A DNA stretch of 64,000 bases from an uncultured Actinomycetes bacterium (GTDB taxonomy: Bacteria; Actinomycetota; Thermoleophilia; Gaiellales; JAICJC01), in assembly GCA_963766445.1 (NCBI GenBank), contig CAVXZW010000029.1:28681-92680 (forward strand). The letters are read 5' to 3'. Shown one piece after another: positions 55,052-64,000 of this stretch. The notes under the pieces were generated by a model. That model did no database searches. It saw only the letters and a list, made by a program, of their open reading frames with translations, and was not told the origin of the DNA. Position 1 is the first letter of the stretch; each line of letters begins with the position of its first letter. The position numbers and the translations under genes are program-made.

Positions 55052-56372
55052 GTGAAGCGCTACCACGTCCAGACCTTCGGCTGCCAGATGAACGTGCATG
55101 ATTCCGAGCGGATCAAGGGCCTGCTGGAGTCGCTGGGAATGGGAGAGGCGCGGGATCAGGGCGAGGCCGACGTGCTGGTGTTCAACACCTGCACGATCCG
55201 TGAGAAGGCGGACGAACGGTTCGTGGCGCACCTGATGGAGGCGCGTGCGGCCAAGCAGCGCGACCCGGAGAAGCGAATCGTGGTCGGCGGCTGCTGGTCG
55301 GAGTCGATGAAGCAGGAGCTGTTCGACCTCTACCCGTTCGTCGATCTGGCGTTCGGCCCGGGCGCCATCCACAAGCTGGGCGACTACATCACCGCCGGCG
55401 GCGAGCTGCCGGAGGGCCACTTCTCGACCTTCGACCACTTCGCCGGCCACCTGCCCGGCAAGCGCGAGCGCCGCCACCAGGCCTGGCTGCAGATCTCGCA
55501 GGGCTGCAACTCGAAGTGCAGCTACTGCATCGTCCCCAGCGTGCGCGGCCGCGAGCAGAGCCGGTCGCTGGATGACCTGGTCGGGGAGGCGCGGCGGCTG
55601 GCCGCCGACGGCGTCCGCGAGCTGACGCTGCTGGGCCAGAACGTCAACTCCTGGGGGCGCGACCTGCCCGCCGGCGGAGCGGGCCGGGTTCGGCGGTCTG
55701 CTCCGCCATCTGGACGAGGTGGACGGCATCGCGCGCATCCGTTTCACCAGCCCGCACCCAAAGGACATGCGCGACGACGTGATCGCAGCCATGGCCGAGT
55801 GCGAGTCCGTCTGCGAGCACCTGCACCTGCCGCTGCAGTCGGGCTCCACGCGCGTGCTGAAGGCGATGCGCCGCACCTACAGCGCCGAGCGCTACCTGGG
55901 CCTGGTCGAGCGGATCCGCACGGCCATCCCCGGCATCGCCCTCACCACCGACATCATCGTCGGCTTCCCCGGTGAGACGGAGGCCGACTTCGAGCAGACG
56001 ATGGAGGTGGTGGACGCCGTCGGCTACGACCACGCCTTCACCTTCGTCTACTCGCCGCGGCGCGGCACCGAGGCGGCCGTGATGGCCGAGCAGGTGCCGG
56101 AGGACGTCAAGCGCGACCGCATCACGCGGCTGGTCGACCTCGTGCAGCGCCACGCGGCCGAGCACAACGCCGCGCTGGTCGGCACCGTCCAGGAAGTGCT
56201 GGTGGAGGGGCCCAGCCGCACCGACCCGTCCATGCTGCGCGGCCGCACCCGCGGCAACAAGACCACGCTGTTTCGAGGCGATGTCGGCGAGGGCGAGCTG
56301 GCGCTGGTCGAGATCCTGCGATCGACCTCCCAGACGCTGGGCGGCCGCCCGGCCGTCACCGCCGCGGCCTGA
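55052..56372 (+). CDS. miaB: tRNA-2-methylthio-N6-dimethylallyladenosine synthase, one frame break at 55660-55688
   Basis: Motifs 'VQTFGCQMNVHDSE' and the radical-SAM 'GCNSKCSYCIVP'. The second frame reads 'IRFTSPHPKDM', followed by a TRAM domain. Confidence 0.92.
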
Positions 56373-56385
56373 CCGATGGCGCGCC

Positions 56386-57265
56386 GTGATCGCGGTCTAC
56401 GGGCCCACCGCGTCCGGCAAGAGCGCGGCGGCGCTGACCCTGGCCACGCGGCTCGATGCCGAGATCGTCAACTGCGACGCGATGCAGCTGTACGCCGGAC
56501 TGCCGGTGCTGACCAACCAGCCCTCGCCCGAGCACCTGGCGCAGGCACCGCATCACCTGGTCGGCGTCTGGCCGCTGTCGCACGAGGGCTCGGTGGCCGA
56601 GTACGCCGAGCTGGCCCGCGCCGCGATCAAGGACGTGCACGGGCGCGGCCGCGACGTGATCCTGTGCGGTGGCAGCGGCCTCTACCTGCGCGCGGCGCTG
56701 TCCCCGCTGGAGCTGCCGCCGGCGCCGGCCGATGGCGTGCGCGAGCGCTACCAGCGGATCTACGACCAGCGTGGCGCCGGCGCGGCGCACGCGTTGCTGG
56801 CCGAGCTCGATCCGGCCGCTGCCGCCGCCGTCCACGAGAACGACCGCCGTCGCGTCGTGCGCGCGCTGGAGCTGGCCGACGCCGGCGCCACGCTCGCCCC
56901 CGCCGCCGGGACGCTGTGGCTGGAGCCTCCGGAGGGCACGGTGATCCTGGGGCTGGAGGTAGCCGGCCGATACCGTGCGGGAGCGGATCGAGGCCCGCAC
57001 CCGGGCGATGTTCGAGCTCGGGGTCGAGCGTGAGGTGGCCGCCGCCGTCGCGGCGGGTCCGCTGTCGGCCACGGCCGCCCGCATCCACGGCCTGTCCGAC
57101 GTGCGTGCGCTGCTCGACGGCGAGATCGACCGCGACGAGGCGGTGCGGCGCCTCGTCGTGCGCACCCGCCAGTACGCCCGGCGCCAGCGGGTCTGGATGC
57201 GGCGACTGCCGGGCGTGAGGCCGGTGGCCGGGCCGGATCAGCTGCTGGCCGAGGCGACGGCATGA
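56386..57265 (+). CDS. miaA: tRNA dimethylallyltransferase, one frame break ~56960
   Basis: GTG at 56386. P-loop 'GPTASGKS', then 'CDAMQLY' and 'GGSGLYLRA'. The C-terminal part is in ORF 56975-57265. Confidence 0.9.
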
Positions 57266-57660
57266 GCAGGCGCGAGCACGACGCGGTGCGCGAGGCCCGT
57301 GACGCGCTGCTGGTGATCGCCGTGGTCACGCCGCCGCTGCTCGTGGTCGCGATCCTGTTCGGGGTTGCAAGCGGCCAGCTGGAGGAGTTCCTGCGCTGGG
57401 TGGGCGGGACGCTGCTGATGGCGGTGGTGCTGCTGGTCTGCCTTGCCTCGGCGCTGCTCGCGGCCGATCGCGTGGCCCGCCACTGGTGGAACCTGCGCCC
57501 CTACCCGCTGCGACGGATGCAGCTGATCCCGGCCAGCCTGGGGCTGGGCCTGCTGCTGGTCGCCGGCTACCCGACCACCAAGCCGGTGATCCTCGGCCTG
57601 GTGCTGGTGGCGGTGCTGATGGGCGCTCTGGTCGTGGCCGCCGCCGCGCTCGACCTCTAA
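57262..57660 (+). CDS. Hypothetical integral membrane protein (about 4 TM helices)
   Basis: 132-aa hydrophobic ORF with an ATGA overlap with miaA. Confidence 0.55.
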   Translation: MSRREHDAVREARDALLVIAVVTPPLLVVAILFGVASGQLEEFLRWVGGTLLMAVVLLVCLASALLAADRVARHWWNLRPYPLRRMQLIPASLGLGLLLVAGYPTTKPVILGLVLVAVLMGALVVAAAALDL

Positions 57661-57768
57661 CTTCGCCCGAGCCGGGCCGTCCAAGCGGTGTCGGGGTCAA
57701 TCGGGGGGCGGCCGGGCCGCTTCGGCCCGTCGCCTCCCGATCCTTCCTACGGCGGATATCCTGCCGCG

Positions 57769-58570
57769 ATGCGCTTCGAGAAGTGGCACGGCATCGGCAA
57801 CGCCTACCTGGTGATGGAGCAGGACGACCTGCCGATGGAGGCCGGAGCGGAGCGCGTGCGCCGCATCTGCCATCCCGACCTGGGCGCGGGCGGCGACGGC
57901 ATCCTGCTGATCGGCGATGGCGATGCCGGGCGCTCGCACGTGCGCATCTTCAACCCGGACGGCGGCGAGGCGGAGTTCTCCGGCAACGGCACCCGCATCG
58001 CAGCCGGCTACCTGATGGAGCGCGACGGCGTGGATGCCGTCGAGATGCTCACGATCAAGGGCATCATCCGCGGCGAGCGGCACGACGGCGTGATCACGAT
58101 CGACGCCGGCCGCGCCACCCTGGAGTCACCCGACCACGTTCCCGGCCCGGGCAGCGGCGCCCGCCGAGAGCTACACGTTCGTCTCGGTCGGAAACCCGCA
58201 CTGCGTGATCGAGGTGGATGACCCCGAACCGCTCGACCTGACGGCGGTGGGCGCACCGATCGAGCATCACCCGTGGTTTCCCAACCGCACCAACGTCGAG
58301 TTCTACCGGCCGATGTCGCGCCACGATCTGCGCATGCGGATCTGGGAGCGCGGCGCCGGGGAGACGCTCTCCTCGGGCAGCGGCTCCAGCGCAACCGCCG
58401 TGGCCGCGGTCGTGAACGGCCTCGCCGACTCGCCGGTGACGGTGCACCTGGACGGCGGCGACCTCACGATCGAGGTGTCGGCCGACCTGGACGTGCGGCT
58501 GACCGGGCCGGTCGAGCGGATCCTGCGCGGCGACTTCGACCAGGCCTTCGTGACGCGAGCTGGAGTCCCT
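57769..58570 (+). CDS. dapF: Diaminopimelate epimerase (frame break at 58145-58165; no stop before dapL in the sequence as given)
   Basis: Motifs 'FEKWHGIGNAYLV', 'FNPDGGEAEFSGNG' (first catalytic Cys position reads Ser), 'SVGNPHCV' and 'WERGAGETLSSGSG' (second catalytic Cys position also reads Ser). Confidence 0.85.
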
Positions 58571-59740
58571 TTGAGGATCGCCGACCGCGTCACCCAGCTG
58601 CCGCCCTACCTGTTCGCCGAGCTGGAGCGGAAGATCGAGGAGAAGCGCGCGGCCGGCGTGGACGTGATCTCGCTCGGCATCGGCGATCCCGACTTGCCGA
58701 CCCCGGCGGCGGTGGTGGAGGAGGGCCAGCGGCAGCTGGCGCGGCCCGACACCCACCGGTACCCGTCCAACCGCGGCCGGCCCGCCTTCCGGCAGGCCGT
58801 GGCCGACTTCTACCGGCGCCGGTTCGGCGTCGAGGTCGACCCCGACACCGAGGTGCTGCCGCTCTTGGGCGGCAAGGAGGGGGTCGCGCATATCTGCTGG
58901 GCCATGCTCGATCCCGGCGACGTCTGCCTGGCGGCGGACCCCGGCTACCCCGTGTACACGTCGGGCTCGCTGCTGTGCGGAGCCGAGCCGGTGCTGATGC
59001 CGCTGACGGCCGAGCACGGTTTCCAGCCGAACCTGGACGCGATCACGGCGCCGCAGCGCGACCGCGCCAACCTGCTGTTCTGCAACTACCCGAACAACCC
59101 CACCGGGGCCGTGATCGACGACGACTTCTTCGAGCGGCTGGCCCGCTTCGGCCTCGAGCACCAGATCCCGATCGTGCACGACAACGCCTACTCGGAGATC
59201 ACCTTCGACGGCTACGTGGCACCGAGCTTCCTGCAGGCGCCGGGGGCCAAGGAGGCCGGCATCGAGATGTTCTCGCTGTCCAAGGCCTACAACATGACCG
59301 GCTGGCGGACCGGCGCCGCGGTCGGCAACGCCACCATGATCGAGGCCCTGTGGAAGCTGAAGACGAACATCGACTCGGGCATGTTCGAGGCGATCCAGAT
59401 GGCCTCGGTGCGGGCGCTGGCCGAGGGTAGCGGGGTCGCCCGCGAGATGTGCGAGGTGTATCGGCGCCGCCGTGACCTGGCGGTGGCCGCGCTGCGCGCC
59501 GTCGGCATCGACGTCGACCCGCCGCGCGGAACCATGTACATCTGGGTGCCCGTGCCGGAGGGCCACACCTCGGTCTCGTTCACGGAGCTGGTGCTGGAGC
59601 AGGCCGGCGTCGTGGTGTCGCCCGGGTCGTCCTACGGCCGCAACGGCGAGGGCTACGTGCGGATCTCGCTGACCCTGTCCGACGAGCGCCTGCGCGAGTC
59701 GATGGAGCGGATCGAGCAGCACCTGCGCGTCACCGCCTGA
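58571..59740 (+). CDS. dapL: LL-diaminopimelate aminotransferase (DapL type)
   Basis: TTG at 58571 lies 6 nt after GGAG. Motifs 'LPPYLFAELERKI', 'ISLGIGDPDLPTP', 'NYPNNPTG' and 'FSLSKAYNMTGWR' (PLP Lys). Confidence 0.88.
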   Translation: MRIADRVTQLPPYLFAELERKIEEKRAAGVDVISLGIGDPDLPTPAAVVEEGQRQLARPDTHRYPSNRGRPAFRQAVADFYRRRFGVEVDPDTEVLPLLGGKEGVAHICWAMLDPGDVCLAADPGYPVYTSGSLLCGAEPVLMPLTAEHGFQPNLDAITAPQRDRANLLFCNYPNNPTGAVIDDDFFERLARFGLEHQIPIVHDNAYSEITFDGYVAPSFLQAPGAKEAGIEMFSLSKAYNMTGWRTGAAVGNATMIEALWKLKTNIDSGMFEAIQMASVRALAEGSGVAREMCEVYRRRRDLAVAALRAVGIDVDPPRGTMYIWVPVPEGHTSVSFTELVLEQAGVVVSPGSSYGRNGEGYVRISLTLSDERLRESMERIEQHLRVTA

Positions 59741-59834
59741 TCCCGGCCGTGCGCGCCTCCCTATACTGATTCGATGGCCGAGATGTCCCGAAACGGCGCC
59801 GCGCCGGGCTTACGCGCCCGAGCGCGGCCTGATC

Positions 59835-61062
59835 ATGCTGACCCTGCCGCAGGGCGAGGACCCGGCACCGATGCTGCTGGAGATGGAGGAGCTCCTGCGC
59901 ACCGCCGGCGTGGACACGGTCGCGACGGTTGTCCAGCATCGCGACAGGCCGCACCCCAGCACCTACCTGGGCCCGGGCAAGCTGCGGGAGCTGAAGGAGC
60001 TGGCCGGACGGCTGTCGGTCGAGGTGATCGTCTGCGACGACGAGCTGACACCACGCCAGCAGCGGCGGCTGGAGGACGAGCTGCAGTCACGCGTGGTCGA
60101 CCGCACCGCCGTGATCCTGGACATCTTCGCGCAGCACGCGCACACGGCCGAGGGCAAGCTGCAGGTCGAGCTGGCGCAGCTGGAGTACAACCTGCAGCGC
60201 ATGCGCGGCATGTGGAAGCACCTCGAGCGGCTCGGCGGCGGCATCGGCACCCGCGGCCCGGGCGAGTCGCAGCTGGAGTCCGACCGGCGGATGGCGCGGC
60301 GGCGGATCACGCTGGTGCGCGGCCGGCTGCGCGACGTGGCCGCGCGGCGCGACGTGATGCGCCAGGAGCGGGCGCGCAACGAGACGCCCAGCGTGTCCCT
60401 GGCCGGGTACACGAACGTCGGCAAGTCGACCCTCCTGAACGCCCTCACCGGCAGCCACGTCAGCGTCAACAACCGGCTGTTCGAGACGCTCGACCCGACC
60501 ACCCGCGGGTTCAGCGAGGGCGGGCGGTCATACCTCGTAACCGACACGGTCGGGTTCATCCGCAAGCTGCCACATCAGCTGATGGAGGCCTTCGCGGCCA
60601 CGCTCGAGGAGACGCTGGCCGGAGACCTGGTGCTGCTCGTGGCCGATGCGTCGGCGAGCGAGGAGGAGCTGGCCGGACAGCTCCAGAACGTGCGCGACGT
60701 GCTGGACGAGATCGAGGCCGAGGAGATCCCGCAGCTGCTGGTGCTGAACAAGATCGACCTGGTCGACGACGTGACGCGCCGGCGGCTGGCCAACCGCAAC
60801 CCCGACGCCGTGCTCCTGTCGGCGCGAACCGGCGAGGGGCTCGATCTCCTGAAGCAGCGCGTGGCCGAGTTCTTCGCCGGCCGCTTCGTCGACGTCCAGC
60901 TGCTGCTGCCGCACTCCAGCGGCGCCGAGCTGTCGGCGCTGTATGAGTCGGGCGCACCGATCACCTGCTCGCGAGGACTCGGCCGAGGGCGTGCTGGTCT
61001 CGGCGCGGCTCCCGCAGCGTCTGGTCAGCCGGTTCGCGGCCTACCGCGCCGACGCCCCGTGA
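59835..61062 (+). CDS. hflX: GTPase HflX (C-terminal frame break ~60965; N-terminus may extend to the ATG at 59774 via another break)
   Basis: Motifs 'GKLQVELAQLEY', 'GPGESQLE' and G1 'GYTNVGKSTLLNAL'. The C-terminus '[29 protein letters not shown]' lies in the +1 frame. Confidence 0.9.
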
Positions 61063-61507
61063 GCGCTGCCGTCTCGATCAAGCGGCTGCATCCAGATGCG
61101 CGGATTCCGTCGATGGCATACGCCCGGCGACGCCGGGCTCGACCTGTCCAGCGTCGAGCGGCTGGTGCTGCGGCCGGGCCGGCGCAGCATGGTCGCAACC
61201 GGGCTGGCGGTGGCGATCCCGGCCGGGCATGCCGGCTTCGTGCAGCCTCGCTCGGGGCTCGCTGCGAACCATGGCATCGCCGTGGTTAACTCTCCCGGAC
61301 TGATCGACGCCGGCTACCGCGGGGAGCTGCGGGTGGTGCTGCTGAACACCGATCCGGAACGGGACTTCACCATCGAGGTTGGCGACCGCATCGCACAGCT
61401 GGTGATCCTGGCGCTGCCGACGGATCGAGCTTGTGGAGGTCGACGAGCTGCCCGGGTCCGAGCGGGCTGACCGCGGGTTCGGCTCCTCGGCGGTCGGGCC
61501 GGCGTGA
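61059..61507 (+). CDS. dut: dUTP diphosphatase, two frame breaks (~61114, ~61420)
   Basis: GTG at 61059 overlaps the hflX stop (GTGA). Motifs 'GDAGLDL', 'PRSGLA', '[14 protein letters not shown]' and 'GDRIAQLV'. The C-terminal 'RGFGSS' lies in a third frame. Confidence 0.88.
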
Positions 61508-61956
61508 GCGAACCGCGCATCAGGGTGGCCGCGCTGATCCGCCGCGGCGACGACCTGCTGCTGATCAGGCACGCGAAGCTGGGCCGCTCCTACTGGCTGC
61601 TGCCGGGGGGCGGGGTGGAGGAGGGGGAGTCGATGCACGAGGCGCTGCTGCGCGAGCTGGACGAGGAGTGCTCGCTGCGCTCGGTGCGGCTGGAGGGCCC
61701 GATCGCGATCGCCGAGTCGATCGCCCCCGCCAGCGAGTGGCCGCGAAAGCACGTCGTGCACCTGATCTTCGCGGGCACCGTTGCCGACGACCAGTTCTCC
61801 GGCATCACCTCCGAGGATGCGGCGGTGCGCGGCCACCAGCTGGTGCCGATCGCGGAGCTGGCCTCGTTCGACCTGCGTCCGCCCATCCACCGCTTTCTGG
61901 AGCGCTGGACGCCGGGCGACCCGTTCGTGCATCTGGGCCAGCTGTGGGCGCGTTGA
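61504..61956 (+). CDS. NUDIX hydrolase
   Basis: GTGA overlap with dut. Nudix box 'GGGVEEGESMHEALLRELDEECSL'. Confidence 0.85.
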   Translation: MSEPRIRVAALIRRGDDLLLIRHAKLGRSYWLLPGGGVEEGESMHEALLRELDEECSLRSVRLEGPIAIAESIAPASEWPRKHVVHLIFAGTVADDQFSGITSEDAAVRGHQLVPIAELASFDLRPPIHRFLERWTPGDPFVHLGQLWAR

Positions 61957-62054
61957 GCGCCCGGTGTTGACCCCGCGTTAAGCGGTTTGACGGGTCACGA
62001 TGCGTCCGCCTACCCTAATGTCCACTAACCCACTGGACAATATGGAGGCAGACC

Positions 62055-62213
62055 ATGGTGCGACCGATCCCGATGCCCCGGCCCCACGCACACCCACCCC
62101 GCGAGTCCGAGCGCGACCTGCTGATCCGGCTCGCCCGGGAGAGCCGCGCCCAGGATCGCCGCGAGCGGCGCGGGCGGCTGCGGGGCGTGCGCCGCCTGCT
62201 CGGAGAGCGTTAG
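62055..62213 (+). CDS. Candidate 52-aa Arg-rich small protein (not in ORF track)
   Basis: ATG lies 6 nt after GGAGG (62044-62048). The product is 'MVRPIPMPRPHAHPPRESERDLLIRLARESRAQDRRERRGRLRGVRRLLGER'. A TTGACG-18-TACCCT promoter-like site lies upstream and a 10-bp hairpin downstream. Confidence 0.35.
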   Translation: MVRPIPMPRPHAHPPRESERDLLIRLARESRAQDRRERRGRLRGVRRLLGER

Positions 62214-62262
62214 CTCACCGCGACCCGCCCCGGCACCCTCCGCCGGAGCGCATGCGCGGAGC

Positions 62263-62298
62263 GGGGGAGCGGTCGACCTGCGGCCGCTCCCCCTTTGG
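62263..62298 (+). terminator. Hairpin terminator between the convergent small ORF and gatD
   Basis: GGGGGAGCGG-11 nt-CCGCTCCCCC, a perfect 10-bp stem, followed by TTTGG. Confidence 0.45.
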
Positions 62299-62301
62299 CG
62301 C

Positions 62302-63030
62302 TCAGCGCGCGGCGATCGCCGCCGCCACCCGCTGCGCCTCCAGCTCGAGGCCGTCGTCAAGCGGCGCCAGCTGCTGATCCTGTCCTTGCCGCTCGAGCGC
62401 ACGGCCGATCAGCCAGTCGCTCAGCCACGGGTTCTTGGGCAGCAGCGGGCCGTGCACGTAGGTGCCGATCACCGAGCCCTGCTGCACGCCCTCTCCGCCG
62501 TCCTCGCCGTTGTTGCCGTGCCCATGCACGACCTGGCCCAGCGGCTGCACGCCCTCGCCCAGAAGGGTGCGGCCGGCGTGGTTCTCGAATCCGACCAGCC
62601 GCTGCGGGGCCGCCCCGTCCAGGCGGCAGTCGAGCATGATGTTTCCGATCATGCGCCTGCTGCCGGCCTCGGTGACCAGGTCGACGAGGCCGATGCCGCG
62701 CATCTCGTCACCCTGATGGCCGCGGTAGTAGTGGCCGAGCAGCTGGTAGCCGCCGCAGACCGCCAGCACGCCGGCACCGTCGTCCACCGCCGCGCGCAGC
62801 GGCTCGGCGTGCCGGGCGATGTCGTCGGCGATCAGCAGCTGGTCGCGGTCCTGCCCGCCGCCCAGGTAGTAGAGGTCGGCGTCGGGCAGCACATCGCCGG
62901 GACCGATCGCGATCGCCTCGAAGTCGATCCCGCGCCAGGCGCAGCGCCGCTCCAGCGCGGCGATGTTGCCGCGGTCGGCGTAGATGTTGAGGTGCTCGGG
63001 GTAGAGGTGGCCGACCGTGATGCGGGTCAT
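62302..63030 (-). CDS. gatD: Lipid II isoglutaminyl synthase glutaminase subunit GatD (CobQ-type GATase)
   Basis: Motifs 'LAVCGGYQLLG' (catalytic Cys) and 'IGTYVHGPLLPKNP'. The gene overlaps the murT stop. Confidence 0.85.
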   Translation of the reverse strand: MTRITVGHLYPEHLNIYADRGNIAALERRCAWRGIDFEAIAIGPGDVLPDADLYYLGGGQDRDQLLIADDIARHAEPLRAAVDDGAGVLAVCGGYQLLGHYYRGHQGDEMRGIGLVDLVTEAGSRRMIGNIMLDCRLDGAAPQRLVGFENHAGRTLLGEGVQPLGQVVHGHGNNGEDGGEGVQQGSVIGTYVHGPLLPKNPWLSDWLIGRALERQGQDQQLAPLDDGLELEAQRVAAAIAAR

Positions 63031-64000
63031 GCCGCCTCCTGCCAGAACGGCAGCACCAGGCCGCGCTGCTCCAGCCGCCCGCGCAGGTCGAGCATCGCCG
63101 TGTAGGTGGCCAGCAGGTACGAGCTGCCGCCGGCCGCGGCCAGCCGGTCGAGCGCCTCGTCCATGTCGGTGCGCACCTCGATCCGGTCAAGCGCAACCCC
63201 GGCGTACTTGAGCCGCATCGCCATCTCGGCCGCGCGCGTGCCGCAGCAGATCACCGACCCGATCTGGGGCGCGAGCCGCTCGAAGTCGACGTCCCAGATC
63301 CAGGACACGTCGCGGCCGTCGGCGATGCGGTCGTTGAGCGCGATCAGCATCCGCTTCGGGGCCTCGTCGGCGGCCAGCGTGCGGATCACCTCGTTGCCGC
63401 CGGCCGGGTTCTTGACCAGCAGCAGCACCGCCTCGCCGCCCCCGAGGTCGATCCGCTCGAAGCGGCCGAAGGCCGCCGAGAACCGCTCCAGCCCCGCCCG
63501 CACCTGCTCCAGCCCCGCACCCAGCTCGAGCGCCAGTGCGGCCGCGGCCAGGGCGTTGTAGACGTTGTAGACGCCGGGCAGCGGCAGGCGCACGGCCACG
63601 TCGCCGGCGGGCGTGCAGAGCCGGAAGCCGACGGCGTCGAGCCCGTCGATCTGGATCTCGCGGGCCGTCACCGAGGGCCGGGGACGGGCGTCGCCGCAGG
63701 CCGGGCAGCGCCAGTCGCCGAGGTGGCCGAGGTACACGGCCGTGTAGGCGTAGCGGGCGCCGCAGCGCACGCACCACTTCGAGTCGGAGGCGTGCTGCAT
63801 CTCGGGCAGCGCCGCGGTGGGGTCGTCCAGCCCGAACCAGGTGTGGCGCTCGAGGTCGCGGCCGATCGACGCCACCAGCGGATCGTCCGCGTTCGAGACC
63901 AGCGTGGTGGCGGGCCCGAGCGTGGCTGCGAGGTCGCGCCAGCCGGCCGCGATCAGCTCCAGCTCGCCGTAGCGGTCGAGCTGGTCGCGGAACAGGTTTC
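63027..64000 (-). CDS. murT: Lipid II isoglutaminyl synthase MurT (Mur-ligase family); 5' end beyond window
   Basis: The frame is open to nt 64000 ('NLFRDQLDRYGELE...'). A Cys4 ribbon 'CVRCGARY...WRCPACG' and a DUF1727 C-terminal domain are present. Confidence 0.88.
   Translation of the reverse strand, partial: NLFRDQLDRYGELELIAAGWRDLAATLGPATTLVSNADDPLVASIGRDLERHTWFGLDDPTAALPEMQHASDSKWCVRCGARYAYTAVYLGHLGDWRCPACGDARPRPSVTAREIQIDGLDAVGFRLCTPAGDVAVRLPLPGVYNVYNALAAAALALELGAGLEQVRAGLERFSAAFGRFERIDLGGGEAVLLLVKNPAGGNEVIRTLAADEAPKRMLIALNDRIADGRDVSWIWDVDFERLAPQIGSVICCGTRAAEMAMRLKYAGVALDRIEVRTDMDEALDRLAAAGGSSYLLATYTAMLDLRGRLEQRGLVLPFWQEAA

Noticed and set aside
62000-62377. 125-aa ORF from the track in the NUDIX-gatD gap.
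   Set aside because: It is Pro/Arg/Ala-rich, has no RBS and runs through the hairpin terminator into the gatD 3' end. The 52-aa ORF in another frame has much better signals.

Overview
This is a 64-kb, very GC-rich (roughly 70% by eye) chromosomal core segment, densely packed with housekeeping operons on both strands.

**Lineage (inference only).** The synteny is actinobacterial: mihF-gmk-rpoZ-coaBC, miaB-miaA-dapF-hflX, cinA-recA-recX and murT/gatD. Three features are Firmicute-like: RNase Y plus RNase J, a pyrK/pyrD class-1B DHODH pair, and rimP-nusA-ylxR-infB-DUF503-rbfA-nrnA-truB-ribF. Together these fit a deep-branching Actinomycetota lineage (Thermoleophilia/Rubrobacteria-like).

**Gene order.** pyrR-pyrB-pyrC-carA-carB-pyrK-pyrD | mihF-gmk-rpoZ-coaBC | moxR-DUF58-transglutaminase | TPR, dtd | rimP-nusA-ylxR-infB | (opposite strand) CPA1 antiporter + GNAT/class-II-aaRS-like fusion | DUF503-rbfA-nrnA-truB-ribF | 282-bp structured inverted-repeat element | S51 peptidase, UXS | rpsO-pnp-M16 peptidase-dapB | DDN-like, MOSC | dapA-rnj | ftsK | hypothetical, rodZ-like, cinA, recA (SOS box), recX | VOC, SIMPL | rny | orphan secreted protein, OmpR-type RR + HK + small protein | macro, MFS, MerR | MBL, miaB, miaA, membrane protein, dapF-dapL, hflX, dut, NUDIX | small ORF | gatD, murT.

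No rRNA, tRNA, CRISPR array, transposase, integrase or phage gene was recognised.

**Two caveats dominate interpretation.**
1. About 30 or more single-base frame disruptions interrupt otherwise well-conserved, mostly essential genes. The sequence as given almost certainly carries indel errors, so these are not called as pseudogenes.
2. Most long ORFs in the track that lie antisense to real genes are GC-driven artefacts.

**Most interesting candidates.**
- A GNAT acetyltransferase fused to a HisRS/HisZ-like class-II aaRS core. It is translationally coupled to an antiporter and inserted on the opposite strand inside the nusA-infB-rbfA cluster.
- A 282-bp intergenic element with 29-nt perfect terminal inverted repeats and four copies of a 13-nt palindrome.
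- An in-frame DapF-DapL run-on.
- A T7 intrinsic terminator in the rimP-nusA leader.
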